From Chlorobiota bacterium (GTDB lineage: Bacteria > Bacteroidota > Ignavibacteria > Kapaibacteriales > NICIL-2): 64,000 nt of DNA. Position 1 is the stretch's first letter. Every line of letters begins with the position of its first letter. Shown piece after piece: positions 1 to 10,513 of this stretch. Below the pieces are notes generated by a model. The model was not told the DNA's origin and did not search any database. It saw nothing but the letters and a program-made list of their open reading frames with translations. The stretch spans positions 14,960 through 78,959 of the forward strand of contig JBGAKH010000011.1 in the NCBI GenBank assembly GCA_044224515.1. Direction: 5' to 3'. The position numbers and the translations under genes were made by a program.

Positions 1-574
1 AAGAAGTAGATGTTCCAACCATATCGTTGAATCATCGAGGCGTCGATGCTAATCTGCTTCCGATAACTGATACGTCCGTTGTACGTTTCACTGGTCGGTA
101 GATAACATTGTGTCCACTCCGAGCCTTCCACAGAGCGTTCCCACGTTCCGGCTAAGGAGCTGACAAAGCGGGTGCTAGAAGGAATGAGTTGTTTCCATTG
201 CTCTTGCGTGAATGAGGCGTAGTCTGCGGCCTGCAGACATACCGATGTATTGAGCAGGAGCAAAAGAACAATGAGGGAAGGACGTACTCTCATGGGCGCA
301 GCATTAGTCCGCAAATCATGGAATTAGAAGCGCAAAAATAGTCCGTAGACGCCTTTTGTGCGACTTTTTTGGCGCAGGTCTTTCGACGGTCGACGCCGAA
401 TCCTTGACCCGAGCCGGCTGCAACTCGTCCAGGAGATGTCTGAGTTCCGGCTTGCACAAAATCCGGAGGTTGCGTAATTAGCCGACACAGAGTGCCGCTG
501 CAGTGAATTATGGATCATTCAAGCCTGTGTGACCAAAGCGGAACTCAGATGATACCCGGGGGAGGATACCATTT

Positions 575-3472
575 ATGAAGAAGTTTTTCAAGTGCTTAGA
601 CTTACGAAAGCTGTTGCAAAACGGTGCGGCACCGCTCCTTCTATGGACAGCGCTCTGCGTTCCGCTCTTGGCTCAAGAGAGTTCGATGGAGCTGCTCATG
701 GAAGCCTCGCGTCCTCGTTTCGGTGTACCCTACTTGCTCAGCGCCGGGAGTGGATTTCCTGAAGAAGTACTCGTAAACAATCTCACAAGCGACTTCGAGA
801 ATGTCAATTTGATCGAAGAAGAGACAGATGGGTCGCCAATGCAGAATGAGTCCGCGATTGCTGCCAATCCACTGAATCCACAGTATCTCATTGCGTCGGC
901 AGTCGATTATCGCAGCGCGCAATCGGCTTGGGTCTATGTTTCGAGTGATGGCGGACACCACTGGCGAAACATCAATTTGGGTAAACCAACCAATCTCGCT
1001 TTTGTGGCTGGGAACGATCCAAGCGTCGCTTGGGATTACGAAGGCCGAGCCTTCTATGTGTATGGCGGTTTCGATGCCAAAAGAACCAGTGGCGAAAACG
1101 GAGTGTTTATCTCCATCAGCTCAGATAACGGTACAACCTGGAACAAGCATGTCCCGGTGATTGTGCACGCGGGCACGATGACCAAAGACTCTGCCTTCGA
1201 AGACAAGTATTACATCTCGGTCGACAACGCCGGTTCATCTCCTTACCGCGGACATCTGTATATGCCGTGGAAGCGGGTCATCGATCGCGACTCGTCTACG
1301 CAAATCGTGGTGACAAAATCCAAAGACCACGGTTTAACGTGGTCGACCCCCATACGCGTCAGTGATATCCTTAGTGGTAAGTCACTCGATACAACCTTCG
1401 GTCAGAGCTTTCCGATTTTGAATACCGGCCCGAATGGTGAAGTCTATGTGGCTTGGAATTATGGTCCGCTGCATTCCATTGGTTTCAACAAAAGCACGGA
1501 TGGGGGAGCTACCTGGGGCACACCCAGACTCATACAGAACTATGAGTGGCTCGGTGTTACCATGTTTACGGGATCACAGTATAATCACACGTTAAAGGGC
1601 GGTACGCGTGTTGAATCCTATCCATCCTTGGTGGTTGATACAACACATTCGTCGCGTCGCGGCTGGTTGTACCTGAGTTGGGCTGCAGACAAAACACCCA
1701 ACGTCTACTTTTCTCGTTCGACTGACGGTGGAAGCACGTGGTCCACACCAAAGGTTGTTCACAGCGAAACGGCGAATGATCAGTATTGGCAGTGGATGGC
1801 GCTCGATGGCACCAATGGAGATCTGGCAGTGATGTATTTGGACAGTCGTGATGATCCCGCGAATCGATTGTCACGCTGCTACGTGAGCATCTCACGAGAT
1901 GGAGGAGATACTTGGATCGACCGACCCGCCGACAATACAAGTTTTGATATCCGACGCAATCCCTTTGGCAGCGGTAGTGTCAGCGGAGTTTTTGCCGGTG
2001 ATTACAGTGGCTGCGCTTTCATTGGAGGGAAGGTGTTTCCGTCGCACGTCGACATGCGTAACACCTATCCGAACACTGCCGACAATGATGTGTACACTTC
2101 TGTCATCAATATCAATGCTCCAATGCCGGTTGAGAATTTCAAAGCGGCGACTATCGTTACCGAGCCCACAACCATCTCACTGAGTTGGACTCCGCCAACA
2201 CGTCGTGTGTTCGGTGAGCTCATGGCAAACACCGAGTTTCGACACCGCTTGTATCGTGACAACAGTTTGATTCAAGTTCTCGACGCTAACCGAAATTCGT
2301 TCGTAGACAGTGGATTGAGTCCCTACACCAAACATGACTATCGTATGGTTGTAGTTGCCATTGCGACACCCGATTCATCGGTGGAACGCACCGCAGTTGG
2401 GTATGCCGGCGGTGCAGCTAAACCCATGGCTGCATCACTCCTTCTTGTGCGAGACGACACAAACTCTGCGCGACTTACAGTGCGCTTACCTTCGTTTCGA
2501 GCCGACTCGGTCAATGCCTTGGTGAACTTGCACACGCTCAGAGTTTATCGTGATTCCCTAAAGGTTGAAGACATCCTGCTCAAGAGTAGCGATACTTCTT
2601 TAACTCTAGACTTTAGTCATTTGGTACCCGAGCGAGGATACTATGCCTTCGCAGTCTCCGTTCTCGATGCACAAGGAAACGAAAGCGATCGTAGCCCGGA
2701 GAAGACTATGTACATCGGTCCTGTGGATCAGCAACTGATCGACACCTTTGATGACGCTCCACTGGCGCGATATCTACGTCGTGGCAGCTGGGCGATAAGC
2801 GACGAAAGCTCGCACTCGGCTCCCAACTGTGTGACCGAATCTGTTCGCTCTCAGTATAGAGCAAATGCTCGCGATACTCTCACCTTGTTCCCGTTAAAGG
2901 TTGTAGGTACCAATACCTTGTTGGTGTCGCTCTATCATGCGGCAATCTGCGACAAAGGTGACAGCGGCTATGTGGAAGCCGTGTATATGAATTCGGCACT
3001 GGAAGATTCTGCGATCGTTGTACTGGGTGCTTACAATCGAGCGCAGTACACACCGTGGACAGATAATAGTCTGAACGTAGACGACTGGAAAGGCGAGTTG
3101 TTTACAGTACCGTGCAGAGAAGGACAACGAGTTGCTCTGCGCCTTCGCTTTAAATCCAATATTGTAACGAGCGCAGACGGCTGGTTTGTCGATGATATAA
3201 AGGTGATCGCAGGACCGGTAGGCGTGGAAGGCAACGAGTCTGCTACGACACTCATCTATCCAAATCCTGCTGAGTCATTTGTTACTGTGCGAGCTTCGCA
3301 CGCACAGCGACTGAAAATCGTATCGCTCCTTGGTGAAACGTTGCGCGAAGTCTCCATTCCGGCTTTTGAAGATCTGCGACTCGACCTGCGAGATGTTGCC
3401 TCAGGAAGTTACCTCCTCGTCGAAGAAGGGGCGACGACGCAACGAGCCACACTCCTTCGAGTTGTTCACTAG
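575..3472 (+). CDS. Secreted BNR/Asp-box repeat protein (sialidase-like beta-propeller) with Fn3-like region and T9SS C-terminal sorting domain
   Basis: N-terminal signal peptide (LLLWTALCVPLLAQE). At least six S-x-D-x-G-x-T-W BNR motifs (SSDGGHHW, SDNGTTW, SKDHGLTW, STDGGATW, STDGGSTW, SRDGGDTW). C-terminus LIYPNPAESFVTV...GSYLL matches the T9SS CTD pattern. Confidence 0.7.
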   Translation: MKKFFKCLDLRKLLQNGAAPLLLWTALCVPLLAQESSMELLMEASRPRFGVPYLLSAGSGFPEEVLVNNLTSDFENVNLIEEETDGSPMQNESAIAANPLNPQYLIASAVDYRSAQSAWVYVSSDGGHHWRNINLGKPTNLAFVAGNDPSVAWDYEGRAFYVYGGFDAKRTSGENGVFISISSDNGTTWNKHVPVIVHAGTMTKDSAFEDKYYISVDNAGSSPYRGHLYMPWKRVIDRDSSTQIVVTKSKDHGLTWSTPIRVSDILSGKSLDTTFGQSFPILNTGPNGEVYVAWNYGPLHSIGFNKSTDGGATWGTPRLIQNYEWLGVTMFTGSQYNHTLKGGTRVESYPSLVVDTTHSSRRGWLYLSWAADKTPNVYFSRSTDGGSTWSTPKVVHSETANDQYWQWMALDGTNGDLAVMYLDSRDDPANRLSRCYVSISRDGGDTWIDRPADNTSFDIRRNPFGSGSVSGVFAGDYSGCAFIGGKVFPSHVDMRNTYPNTADNDVYTSVININAPMPVENFKAATIVTEPTTISLSWTPPTRRVFGELMANTEFRHRLYRDNSLIQVLDANRNSFVDSGLSPYTKHDYRMVVVAIATPDSSVERTAVGYAGGAAKPMAASLLLVRDDTNSARLTVRLPSFRADSVNALVNLHTLRVYRDSLKVEDILLKSSDTSLTLDFSHLVPERGYYAFAVSVLDAQGNESDRSPEKTMYIGPVDQQLIDTFDDAPLARYLRRGSWAISDESSHSAPNCVTESVRSQYRANARDTLTLFPLKVVGTNTLLVSLYHAAICDKGDSGYVEAVYMNSALEDSAIVVLGAYNRAQYTPWTDNSLNVDDWKGELFTVPCREGQRVALRLRFKSNIVTSADGWFVDDIKVIAGPVGVEGNESATTLIYPNPAESFVTVRASHAQRLKIVSLLGETLREVSIPAFEDLRLDLRDVASGSYLLVEEGATTQRATLLRVVH

Positions 3473-3572
3473 GAGTCTCGTCCAGAGCTCGGACAGTGCA
3501 CGAACACAGCACGATCAGCAGCTATCCACCCTTTGGCATGAGCGTCCGAATTCCTCTAATGTCACGAACGAC

Positions 3573-3607
3573 AAAGGGCCTTGCACAATGACTGTACAAG
3601 GCCCTTT
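3573..3607. terminator. Bidirectional hairpin terminator between convergent genes
   Basis: Inverted repeat AAAGGGCCTTG...CAAGGCCCTTT, between the + gene ending at 3472 and the - gene ending at 3638. Confidence 0.45.
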
Positions 3608-3637
3608 GCAATTCTCCATCTTTGAGAACTTCGGATT

Positions 3638-4399
3638 CTAGCCGAATGACGATTGAGACATGTCGCCGGAGGAGACTGAGCTTCGACCGCGTCTATTGCG
3701 GACCACCACGTAGATGACGAAAACTACCACCGCGCCCATGAGAAGTACAAAGATCAACGTACCCCAACGGAACGTAGGGGGGTAATACTCTACTGCACCG
3801 TCGGGGCGCATGTAGTATGACGGACTTCCATAGTAAAAGGCCGGGTGGAAAGGAGTGTACCACCACCAACTGGTGCGTCCCATCGCGTAACCCGTCATCA
3901 AGCCATCTGCATATCCACCGTAGTGATTAAAGACATAGTTTCTTGAGACGCCGTCATTGCCGGTATAAGGCGCGGACTCTTGTCGGCGCGGAACGCCATA
4001 GGAACGAGTGTACTCCTGCGCCGAGCCTATCTGCGCTCCTCGAGCAACAGCGGAGTTGCGCGAGCCGCCAAAAGAAGGAGAAGCACCCGAGTTCGAATAA
4101 CCCGGAGTGGAGTTCCGATAGCTCTGGTTCGATCCTGAACCGCGTGATCCTCCGAAACTTGATCCACCTCGGCTTCCACCAAACGATGAGCCACCGCGGG
4201 AACTAAATCCTGACGATCCGCTGCTGCGTGAACCTCCAAACGACGATCCACCACCACGTGATCCGCCAAATGAACTCCGACCACCACTGCGTGCATCAAG
4301 ATGCACAGACAGCAGGAAGCTGGCCAGAAACATGGAACAGACGATGATACAGGCATGCGCGAAGCGCATGCGTAAAAAAGAACTCATATTAGAACACAT
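3638..4399 (-). CDS. Gly/Ser/Arg-rich repeat protein with signal peptide and C-terminal TM anchor
   Basis: N-terminal hydrophobic signal. About ten tandem SFGGSRGG/SSRGGS repeats. Tyr/Trp-rich segment (WWWYTPFHPAFYYGSPSYY). C-terminal TM helix LIFVLLMGAVVVFVIYVVV. Overlaps the upstream gene by 11 nt, suggesting an operon. Confidence 0.55.
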   Translation of the reverse strand: MCSNMSSFLRMRFAHACIIVCSMFLASFLLSVHLDARSGGRSSFGGSRGGGSSFGGSRSSGSSGFSSRGGSSFGGSRGGSSFGGSRGSGSNQSYRNSTPGYSNSGASPSFGGSRNSAVARGAQIGSAQEYTRSYGVPRRQESAPYTGNDGVSRNYVFNHYGGYADGLMTGYAMGRTSWWWYTPFHPAFYYGSPSYYMRPDGAVEYYPPTFRWGTLIFVLLMGAVVVFVIYVVVRNRRGRSSVSSGDMSQSSFG

Positions 4400-4868
4400 T
4401 TTCTGTGCTTAGTGAACCATCTTCATTGCGAAAAGTTACTTCAGCTTTGAAATCCGAATACTCAGGAATTTTCTTAGTACTGAAGAGGGATTTGAGACCA
4501 CCGCTCTCCGTTTTCTCGGGAGCTTTGATATGGACGATCAACGAAGTGATTCCGTCTAAGGGCTGGTCGTTAATCGTGACATAACTGTTTTCGATATCTC
4601 CTCCGCTCTCTACGGATAGCAGTTGAAGTTGTTGCGCTTCATCTTCAGTAAATGACGCCTCCATCGTTTTTACAGCATCCAAATGATCAGTAAAAACCTG
4701 TTTGGCATGCAGAACTTCATCGCTTCCCATATACTGGATAACGGCATCGAAGGTCCCGTCTTCACCCATGTTCAGAAATACTTCGCGAACACCGGCAAGT
4801 TGTTCGCCATTGTAGTAGATAGCTGTTTTTTCAAGGCGACCATTACTTTCAATCGCAAATTTTGGCAT
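4389..4868 (-). CDS. Hypothetical protein
   Basis: 159-aa ORF immediately upstream of, and overlapping, the Gly-rich gene. No recognisable motif. Confidence 0.4.
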   Translation of the reverse strand: MPKFAIESNGRLEKTAIYYNGEQLAGVREVFLNMGEDGTFDAVIQYMGSDEVLHAKQVFTDHLDAVKTMEASFTEDEAQQLQLLSVESGGDIENSYVTINDQPLDGITSLIVHIKAPEKTESGGLKSLFSTKKIPEYSDFKAEVTFRNEDGSLSTENVF

Positions 4869-4898
4869 AAATCCTCCGTTATGGAACCGATGCTACTC

Positions 4899-7800
4899 TT
4901 AGTGGCTAATGTGCAGCATGCAGCGCTGAATACCGCGAGCGCTGAATGCTTCACAAACATACATTCCGGAAGCGAGCTCTTCAGCAGACAAAGAAATTTG
5001 CATGGAATTTGATGGCACAACACCGTCATAAAGGAGCTTGACAACAGTTCCACGAAGATCCACCAATCGGATCTGCACTTGCTCCGATTGCATGTTCTGC
5101 AATTCAAGAACACTTAGTACCGTGCTCGGATTTGGGTACACGTGCAGCAAAGATTCTGTCGTTTGACTATCCTCAACGGCGTTGTCGATATCACGTCCGA
5201 CCCCAATGAGGTTCACCGTCTTGGTAGAAACTGAGCTGTTGATGGTAAGGGTTGCGGTTTTGCGACCAACAGTTCCGGGTGCAAACTTGACAAAAAGAGT
5301 TCCGGATTCGCCGGCATTGAGCAAGGACACGGAACCACTTAAAACAAAATCCGTAGCCGCTGTTCCACCGGTAGGTGTGACATTGTAGGTGCTCACGCTT
5401 AAGGCTGCAGTGCCGGAGTTCTGAACTTGAACACTTTTGGTTTGCGAGTTGCCGACTACCAGCGTATCGAACTGAATAGTGGTCGGAACTGTCAGCACAC
5501 CCGACCCTGATCCATTCAACAGCGGGAATTTGAGCACGCCAATGGTTTTGCCACAGACGTACAGTGTAACCGTCGAAGATGTACTGATACCGTAGCCTGC
5601 TGTTGCGGTCAAGCCATTCTCGCTGACAATTGGACGGAAATGTTTTGCTGTATCTGTCGTGACCACTACTTCGGAACCGGAGGCAACGATCACGCACTGG
5701 GTAGAATTCGGTGGAGCATAGGCATACACCGGATGAATACCGGAAGCAGGGAAGCTGTAACCACTTGCTCCCCAGTTCACACCGCCATCAAGAGTCACAT
5801 AAACCGTAACCGCATCAAACAACGATGCGGTCGGTCGGCTGAACGCATACCCAAGTTTGTTGCTGGAGAAAGCCATTTGGCTTAGCACAGCAGCGCCACT
5901 AATCGAGGATGTCTGCCAGCTTTGCCCGCGATTGGTTGAATAAAAGACACGTCCGGCGCTGGTGCCAATCCAAACATTGTCACCAACCCAAACGATGGAA
6001 GAATTCTGCGCGGTTTCACCGCTCAGAGCAGATGCGATAGTCGTTGATTTTGTCCATGTGGCACCACCGTCGGTCGTAACGCCGACGTTCCATGATCCGC
6101 TCGCAGGGTTTCCAAGAAGCACGCCGTTATTGTTATCAGCCATTGAAATGTTCAATGGTCGTGGTGTGATAGAACTCACACTGGTGTTCGTCCAGCTTGA
6201 TGTGCCGTTCGTGGTTCGAAAAACACGACCCAAGGTTGTGCCGACTAACGCTGATTGCGTCGACACGGCACTTATACAACTCAGATCATCGCTAAGGCTC
6301 GAATCGATACTCGTACCATGAAGAACAACTTTACGATTGCTGCTCGTTTTGCCTATCGCCCAGAACGTAACCGGCGCTTTGGCAAAGGCTCCTGTATAAC
6401 TAACTGCCGGAGTGGTTGCATACTTGCTGTAGCTGGCTTCACTACTGAGGTTTACGACAATGGTGATGGTTTGATAGTTCGTGTAGCTGCCCGAGGTCAT
6501 AACCACATTTGCTTCAATGCTGTTCGACTTGAAGTAGGTTGGATCTGCTGCAGTCAGAGTGCATTGTAGGCCAACACTATCTTCTGCAGGGATCACGCTG
6601 ACATTGAAGCTTGTCTGCGAAAGCTTGATGGCATTATTGACAGGTGTTATGGTGATGACAGCGTTATCGGCGCGACCAAGATAGTTTCGAACATTGAACA
6701 CGGCCGGGACGCCATTGGGCGACTCAACGAAGGCCTTACCGTCGAAGCTCATGCTGCTAATCTCCAAGCCCGGCGTAGTTCCCGTCGTCAAGCTTTTATT
6801 TTCATTGAGGGCACGATAGGCATTGACTCTTCCATAGTACTGCGGACGCAAGGACTGATTCGTCGTTACAACGTTATCACACGTGCTTCGAAGTTGGTGC
6901 ATCACTTGCTTCGGACTCCACTCGGGGTGCATGGAGCGAACGAGTCCGCACAGCCCGGCAACGATTGGACACGAAAATGAAGTGCCGTCTGCCGCCGTAT
7001 ACTTGTTCGGGCTTTGTGTACTGAGAATTCCGGTGCCGGGAGCATAGACATCAACACGTTTACCATAGTTCGAGAAGTCGGCGCGCTTGTCGCTCTGATT
7101 TGTTGCCCCGACGGTTAAGACATTGTTGTAACAAGCAGGAAACTGAAGGGAATCGTCCATATTCAGACTACTGTTGCCGGCTGCCACAACAATGAGACTT
7201 CCCTTGGAAACCACATCATTAATCAAGTCCTGTTCCACCTGACTATTTCCCGGACCGCCCCAACTACAGTTGATGACTTTAGCGCCCAACTTAGCAGCAT
7301 ACGCGATGCCTTCATAGCCAAACATCACTGCTGTTCCAAACTGATCTGATCCACATTTGATAGGAAGATACTTACACTGATAGCCGGTTCCGGCGATGCC
7401 TTTGCTGTTGTTGGTAACAGCGGTCGCACAACCGGTTGTAGCCGTTCCGTGATTGAGTTGCGCGTCCATGTTGCTGTTGCGAACCTTGGGGTCGTTATCA
7501 GGTCGGGTTACTCCTGAGAAAGCCTCTTGGGCTGTGATGTTTCCGATAAAATCCCATCCTCGGTAGTCATCAATAAACCCATTTTTATCATCGTCGACAC
7601 CGTTGGTTCGTTTGTCACGACCTTGAGAATCCGTGCCAAGTTCACCCGGGTTGTTCCATAAGTGTGCTGCTAAATCCTCGTGCTCGAAATCGACACCTGA
7701 ATCAACGTCGGCAATGACCATCGATGCACTTCCCGTTCCAATATCCCACGCTTGTGAGGCTTGAATCTTCGCCAAGGCCCATTGGCTTGAATACTGCGGA

Positions 7801-8315
7801 TCGTTAGGCGTCGAGAAAGTGTAGCGTTTGAAGACCGGGCTTACATACTCGACATCAGGGTTTTGAGCCAGGGTCGCGCATACGTCGTAGGGATCGATGT
7901 CGACATCATAACGAATCTCGAAAATGCGCTGTACACCAAAAGGGTCCGCACTCTGAATGCGGGGTCCACTTGAAGCTTGATTTTGAAAAGGAGCACGGAT
8001 GGATCGCACGGACAAGGGGGAGAGACTCTGTTGCCAGGCGATGGACTGTAAACTCAGAGCCGATTTGTCCGGTGTGTAAGCACTCTTTGTCTTTACCATG
8101 ACCACATGTTCCCAGTAGCCTCCTTGAGCTACATCGGGCAGTGTATAGACACGCGCGGGGAGATGGATCTCACCGGCAGAAACTGCGGGAAGGGCAAAGT
8201 TTAGGGTCGGACGTCCTGCCGTGAGCATGGATGACAATACCAGCGGACCGAGGAGGCAAAGGAGCGTCCGTTTGACGGACAAGTTCAAAGAAATCATGGA
8301 TGTGAGTTGATTCAT
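4899..8315 (-). CDS. S8 subtilisin-family serine peptidase with BNR-like repeats and T9SS C-terminal domain
   Basis: Signal peptide. Catalytic triad motifs VIADVDSGVD (Asp), HGTATTG (His) and GTSFSCPIVAG (Ser). Downstream BNR-like TDGGATWT, STNRGQSW and TLDGGVNW. C-terminus VYPNPSTVLSVLELQN...GMYVCEAF is a T9SS CTD. Confidence 0.85.
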   Translation of the reverse strand: MNQLTSMISLNLSVKRTLLCLLGPLVLSSMLTAGRPTLNFALPAVSAGEIHLPARVYTLPDVAQGGYWEHVVMVKTKSAYTPDKSALSLQSIAWQQSLSPLSVRSIRAPFQNQASSGPRIQSADPFGVQRIFEIRYDVDIDPYDVCATLAQNPDVEYVSPVFKRYTFSTPNDPQYSSQWALAKIQASQAWDIGTGSASMVIADVDSGVDFEHEDLAAHLWNNPGELGTDSQGRDKRTNGVDDDKNGFIDDYRGWDFIGNITAQEAFSGVTRPDNDPKVRNSNMDAQLNHGTATTGCATAVTNNSKGIAGTGYQCKYLPIKCGSDQFGTAVMFGYEGIAYAAKLGAKVINCSWGGPGNSQVEQDLINDVVSKGSLIVVAAGNSSLNMDDSLQFPACYNNVLTVGATNQSDKRADFSNYGKRVDVYAPGTGILSTQSPNKYTAADGTSFSCPIVAGLCGLVRSMHPEWSPKQVMHQLRSTCDNVVTTNQSLRPQYYGRVNAYRALNENKSLTTGTTPGLEISSMSFDGKAFVESPNGVPAVFNVRNYLGRADNAVITITPVNNAIKLSQTSFNVSVIPAEDSVGLQCTLTAADPTYFKSNSIEANVVMTSGSYTNYQTITIVVNLSSEASYSKYATTPAVSYTGAFAKAPVTFWAIGKTSSNRKVVLHGTSIDSSLSDDLSCISAVSTQSALVGTTLGRVFRTTNGTSSWTNTSVSSITPRPLNISMADNNNGVLLGNPASGSWNVGVTTDGGATWTKSTTIASALSGETAQNSSIVWVGDNVWIGTSAGRVFYSTNRGQSWQTSSISGAAVLSQMAFSSNKLGYAFSRPTASLFDAVTVYVTLDGGVNWGASGYSFPASGIHPVYAYAPPNSTQCVIVASGSEVVVTTDTAKHFRPIVSENGLTATAGYGISTSSTVTLYVCGKTIGVLKFPLLNGSGSGVLTVPTTIQFDTLVVGNSQTKSVQVQNSGTAALSVSTYNVTPTGGTAATDFVLSGSVSLLNAGESGTLFVKFAPGTVGRKTATLTINSSVSTKTVNLIGVGRDIDNAVEDSQTTESLLHVYPNPSTVLSVLELQNMQSEQVQIRLVDLRGTVVKLLYDGVVPSNSMQISLSAEELASGMYVCEAFSARGIQRCMLHISH

Positions 8316-8426
8316 AGGTATAAATCTAAATTACGCAATTCAGGCCAGCAGACTTTCCTAACTTGAAGGGTCTACGCGCTCCTCCGTTCTTCCTGATTAA
8401 CAACCAAATCCTAACGGGGATACATT

Positions 8427-9740
8427 GTGAGTCTTCTTTTTATCGTGGCAATCGTGGTTAGCCTGGGCTCTCTCTACCTGGTTCTCAGAGGTTTCGACGT
8501 TCGCCTTGTACTCTTGAGTGCCGCGCTTCTCATCGCCGCTTTGGCGAATAACGTGCTGGCGGTGTTCGACGTGTTTTTTCTTCGCATGGGTGACGGACAG
8601 GTGATTGGTCCAATCTGCTCGGCAATGGGCTATTCCTTTGTTTTGAGGGCAACGGGATGCGACCGAGAGATGGTGCGTTTACTTCTCAAACCACTGCGTC
8701 GCTTCGCCTGGCTGCTCATTCCGGGTGGGGCATTGGTTGGATTTCTCACGAACATGGCCATAACGAGTCAAACTGCGGCGGCAGCTGCCGTAGGACCAAT
8801 CTTGGTGCCACTGATGCTGGCTGCCGGATTTCATCCGCTCAGCGCCGCAGCGACCCTTGTCTTGGGATGCTCCGGTGGAGGTAATCTCTTTAATCCCGGA
8901 GAACCGGACGTCGTAAACATACAGGTCAATACGCACGCCCCCACACCGCAAGTCTTGCAAACAATGATTCTGCCCGAGCTTGCCGGCTTTGTCACAGCAT
9001 TGACTCTGTTTTGGATCGCACGACAACGGGGTGGTCTTTCGCACATGAATGCCCCTCACGGTTCAACGGAAGCGGTCGCTACCGAAGAGCCCATTCATCT
9101 CCTCAAAGCTTTGATGCCTCCGCTGCCCGTGCTCTTATTGTTTGCGCTCATGCCGGGGCTGCATTTGGTGCCGACCTTCAATGCGTGGTACCCGGATGGC
9201 TTTCCGGTGGTTCACGCAATGCTGCTGTCGACAATCGTGATTGCTTTCGTTGTGCGAAAGGACCTGTCGCGTCTTACGAAGGAGTTTTTCGAAGGATTGG
9301 GTTATGGCTATGTACAGGTCATCTCACTCATAATTACGGCCAGCTGCTTCATTGAATCGCTTAAACAAGCGAAGGTGATCGACGTATTGGTTACGCAGCT
9401 TCAAGGCGGTGGGGTTTTCGCCGGATTCTCATCCGCACTAAGTACAATGGCGCTCGCCTTTGTTTCCGGCAGCGGTACTGCACCGAGTATAGCTTTCTCA
9501 AAAGGTGTGCTGCCCGGTTTACTGAAACAGGGTATGGATTTGCAACAAGCTGTGGATCTCGGATGTCTTGGTGCTATTGGCGCGACCTTCGGTCGCACCA
9601 TGTCGCCCGTGGCTGCCATCGTTCTCTTTGCTGCGACCTTGTCCGGCACGCAAGCCAAAGATATTGTCAAACACCTTGCACTGCCCTTGATTATAGGAGT
9701 GTGTGTTGCGGTCATTACAAGTTTAGTCGCACCCTGGTGA
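8427..9740 (+). CDS. Polytopic membrane transporter (DcuC/anaerobic C4-dicarboxylate carrier-like)
   Basis: 437 aa with roughly 10-12 predicted hydrophobic helices. Size and topology fit DcuC-type carriers, but the family assignment is unverified. Confidence 0.4.
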   Translation: MSLLFIVAIVVSLGSLYLVLRGFDVRLVLLSAALLIAALANNVLAVFDVFFLRMGDGQVIGPICSAMGYSFVLRATGCDREMVRLLLKPLRRFAWLLIPGGALVGFLTNMAITSQTAAAAAVGPILVPLMLAAGFHPLSAAATLVLGCSGGGNLFNPGEPDVVNIQVNTHAPTPQVLQTMILPELAGFVTALTLFWIARQRGGLSHMNAPHGSTEAVATEEPIHLLKALMPPLPVLLLFALMPGLHLVPTFNAWYPDGFPVVHAMLLSTIVIAFVVRKDLSRLTKEFFEGLGYGYVQVISLIITASCFIESLKQAKVIDVLVTQLQGGGVFAGFSSALSTMALAFVSGSGTAPSIAFSKGVLPGLLKQGMDLQQAVDLGCLGAIGATFGRTMSPVAAIVLFAATLSGTQAKDIVKHLALPLIIGVCVAVITSLVAPW

Positions 9741-9805
9741 TGATTATCCTCTGAGACGATGAAGGGGATTTCTTCATACTCGAGTCGAGATCAGTTTCCC
9801 GGACT

Positions 9806-10477
9806 TTACTGTGCAGCCAAACGCACCAGATCCTTCACTTCCAGCACGGCACGCTCAGGTGCGCGCGATAGCGCATGGATCATGGCATCACCAAGCTCCT
9901 GCATGCTGCATCCCAGCGAAGGAGCGATTCGTCGAACAATGGGGTACATCCAACTCACGAGGAAATAGTATTTCAGGACGTGAATTGAACCCGGAAGAGG
10001 GTGGATGTAACCCGGACGTATCGCCAATACTTGACGGAAGGGCAAAGCCATCAGATCATTTTCCGTTTTGCCTTTTACTCGAGCCCACATACTGCGTCCA
10101 TTCTCCGTACTATCCGTTCCTGCACCGGAAATGTAGCTGAAGCTCATGTCGGGATGAATCTCAGCCAGCAAGCGAGCCACTGTGAGGGTCGTGTCATAGG
10201 TAATGGCAGTGTACTCTGCTTCACTCTTGCCGATGCTGCTTACACCTGCGCAGAAAAACATGGCGTCATATCCTCGAAGCTCATCGAGATGCTCATGGAG
10301 TACGCTGAAGTCCGACACAAGTAACTCGCTGATTTTGGAGTGTTGTATACCGCTGGGGCGTCTGCCAATCAGGAGGATGCGCGTTACCTGTTCAGAGTCG
10401 ATGCAGCGTCGTGCAACACCTTCACCGACCATACCGCTGGCGCCACTGATGATTACTTTATAACTCATAGGAGACAA
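9806..10477 (-). CDS. NAD(P)H-binding Rossmann-fold oxidoreductase (atypical SDR/NmrA-like)
   Basis: N-terminal VIISGASGMVGEGV glycine-rich dinucleotide-binding motif; 223 aa. Confidence 0.55.
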   Translation of the reverse strand: MSPMSYKVIISGASGMVGEGVARRCIDSEQVTRILLIGRRPSGIQHSKISELLVSDFSVLHEHLDELRGYDAMFFCAGVSSIGKSEAEYTAITYDTTLTVARLLAEIHPDMSFSYISGAGTDSTENGRSMWARVKGKTENDLMALPFRQVLAIRPGYIHPLPGSIHVLKYYFLVSWMYPIVRRIAPSLGCSMQELGDAMIHALSRAPERAVLEVKDLVRLAAQ

Positions 10478-10513
10478 TACAACGATGAAACATACTATCG
10501 ATGAGGCACTGCA

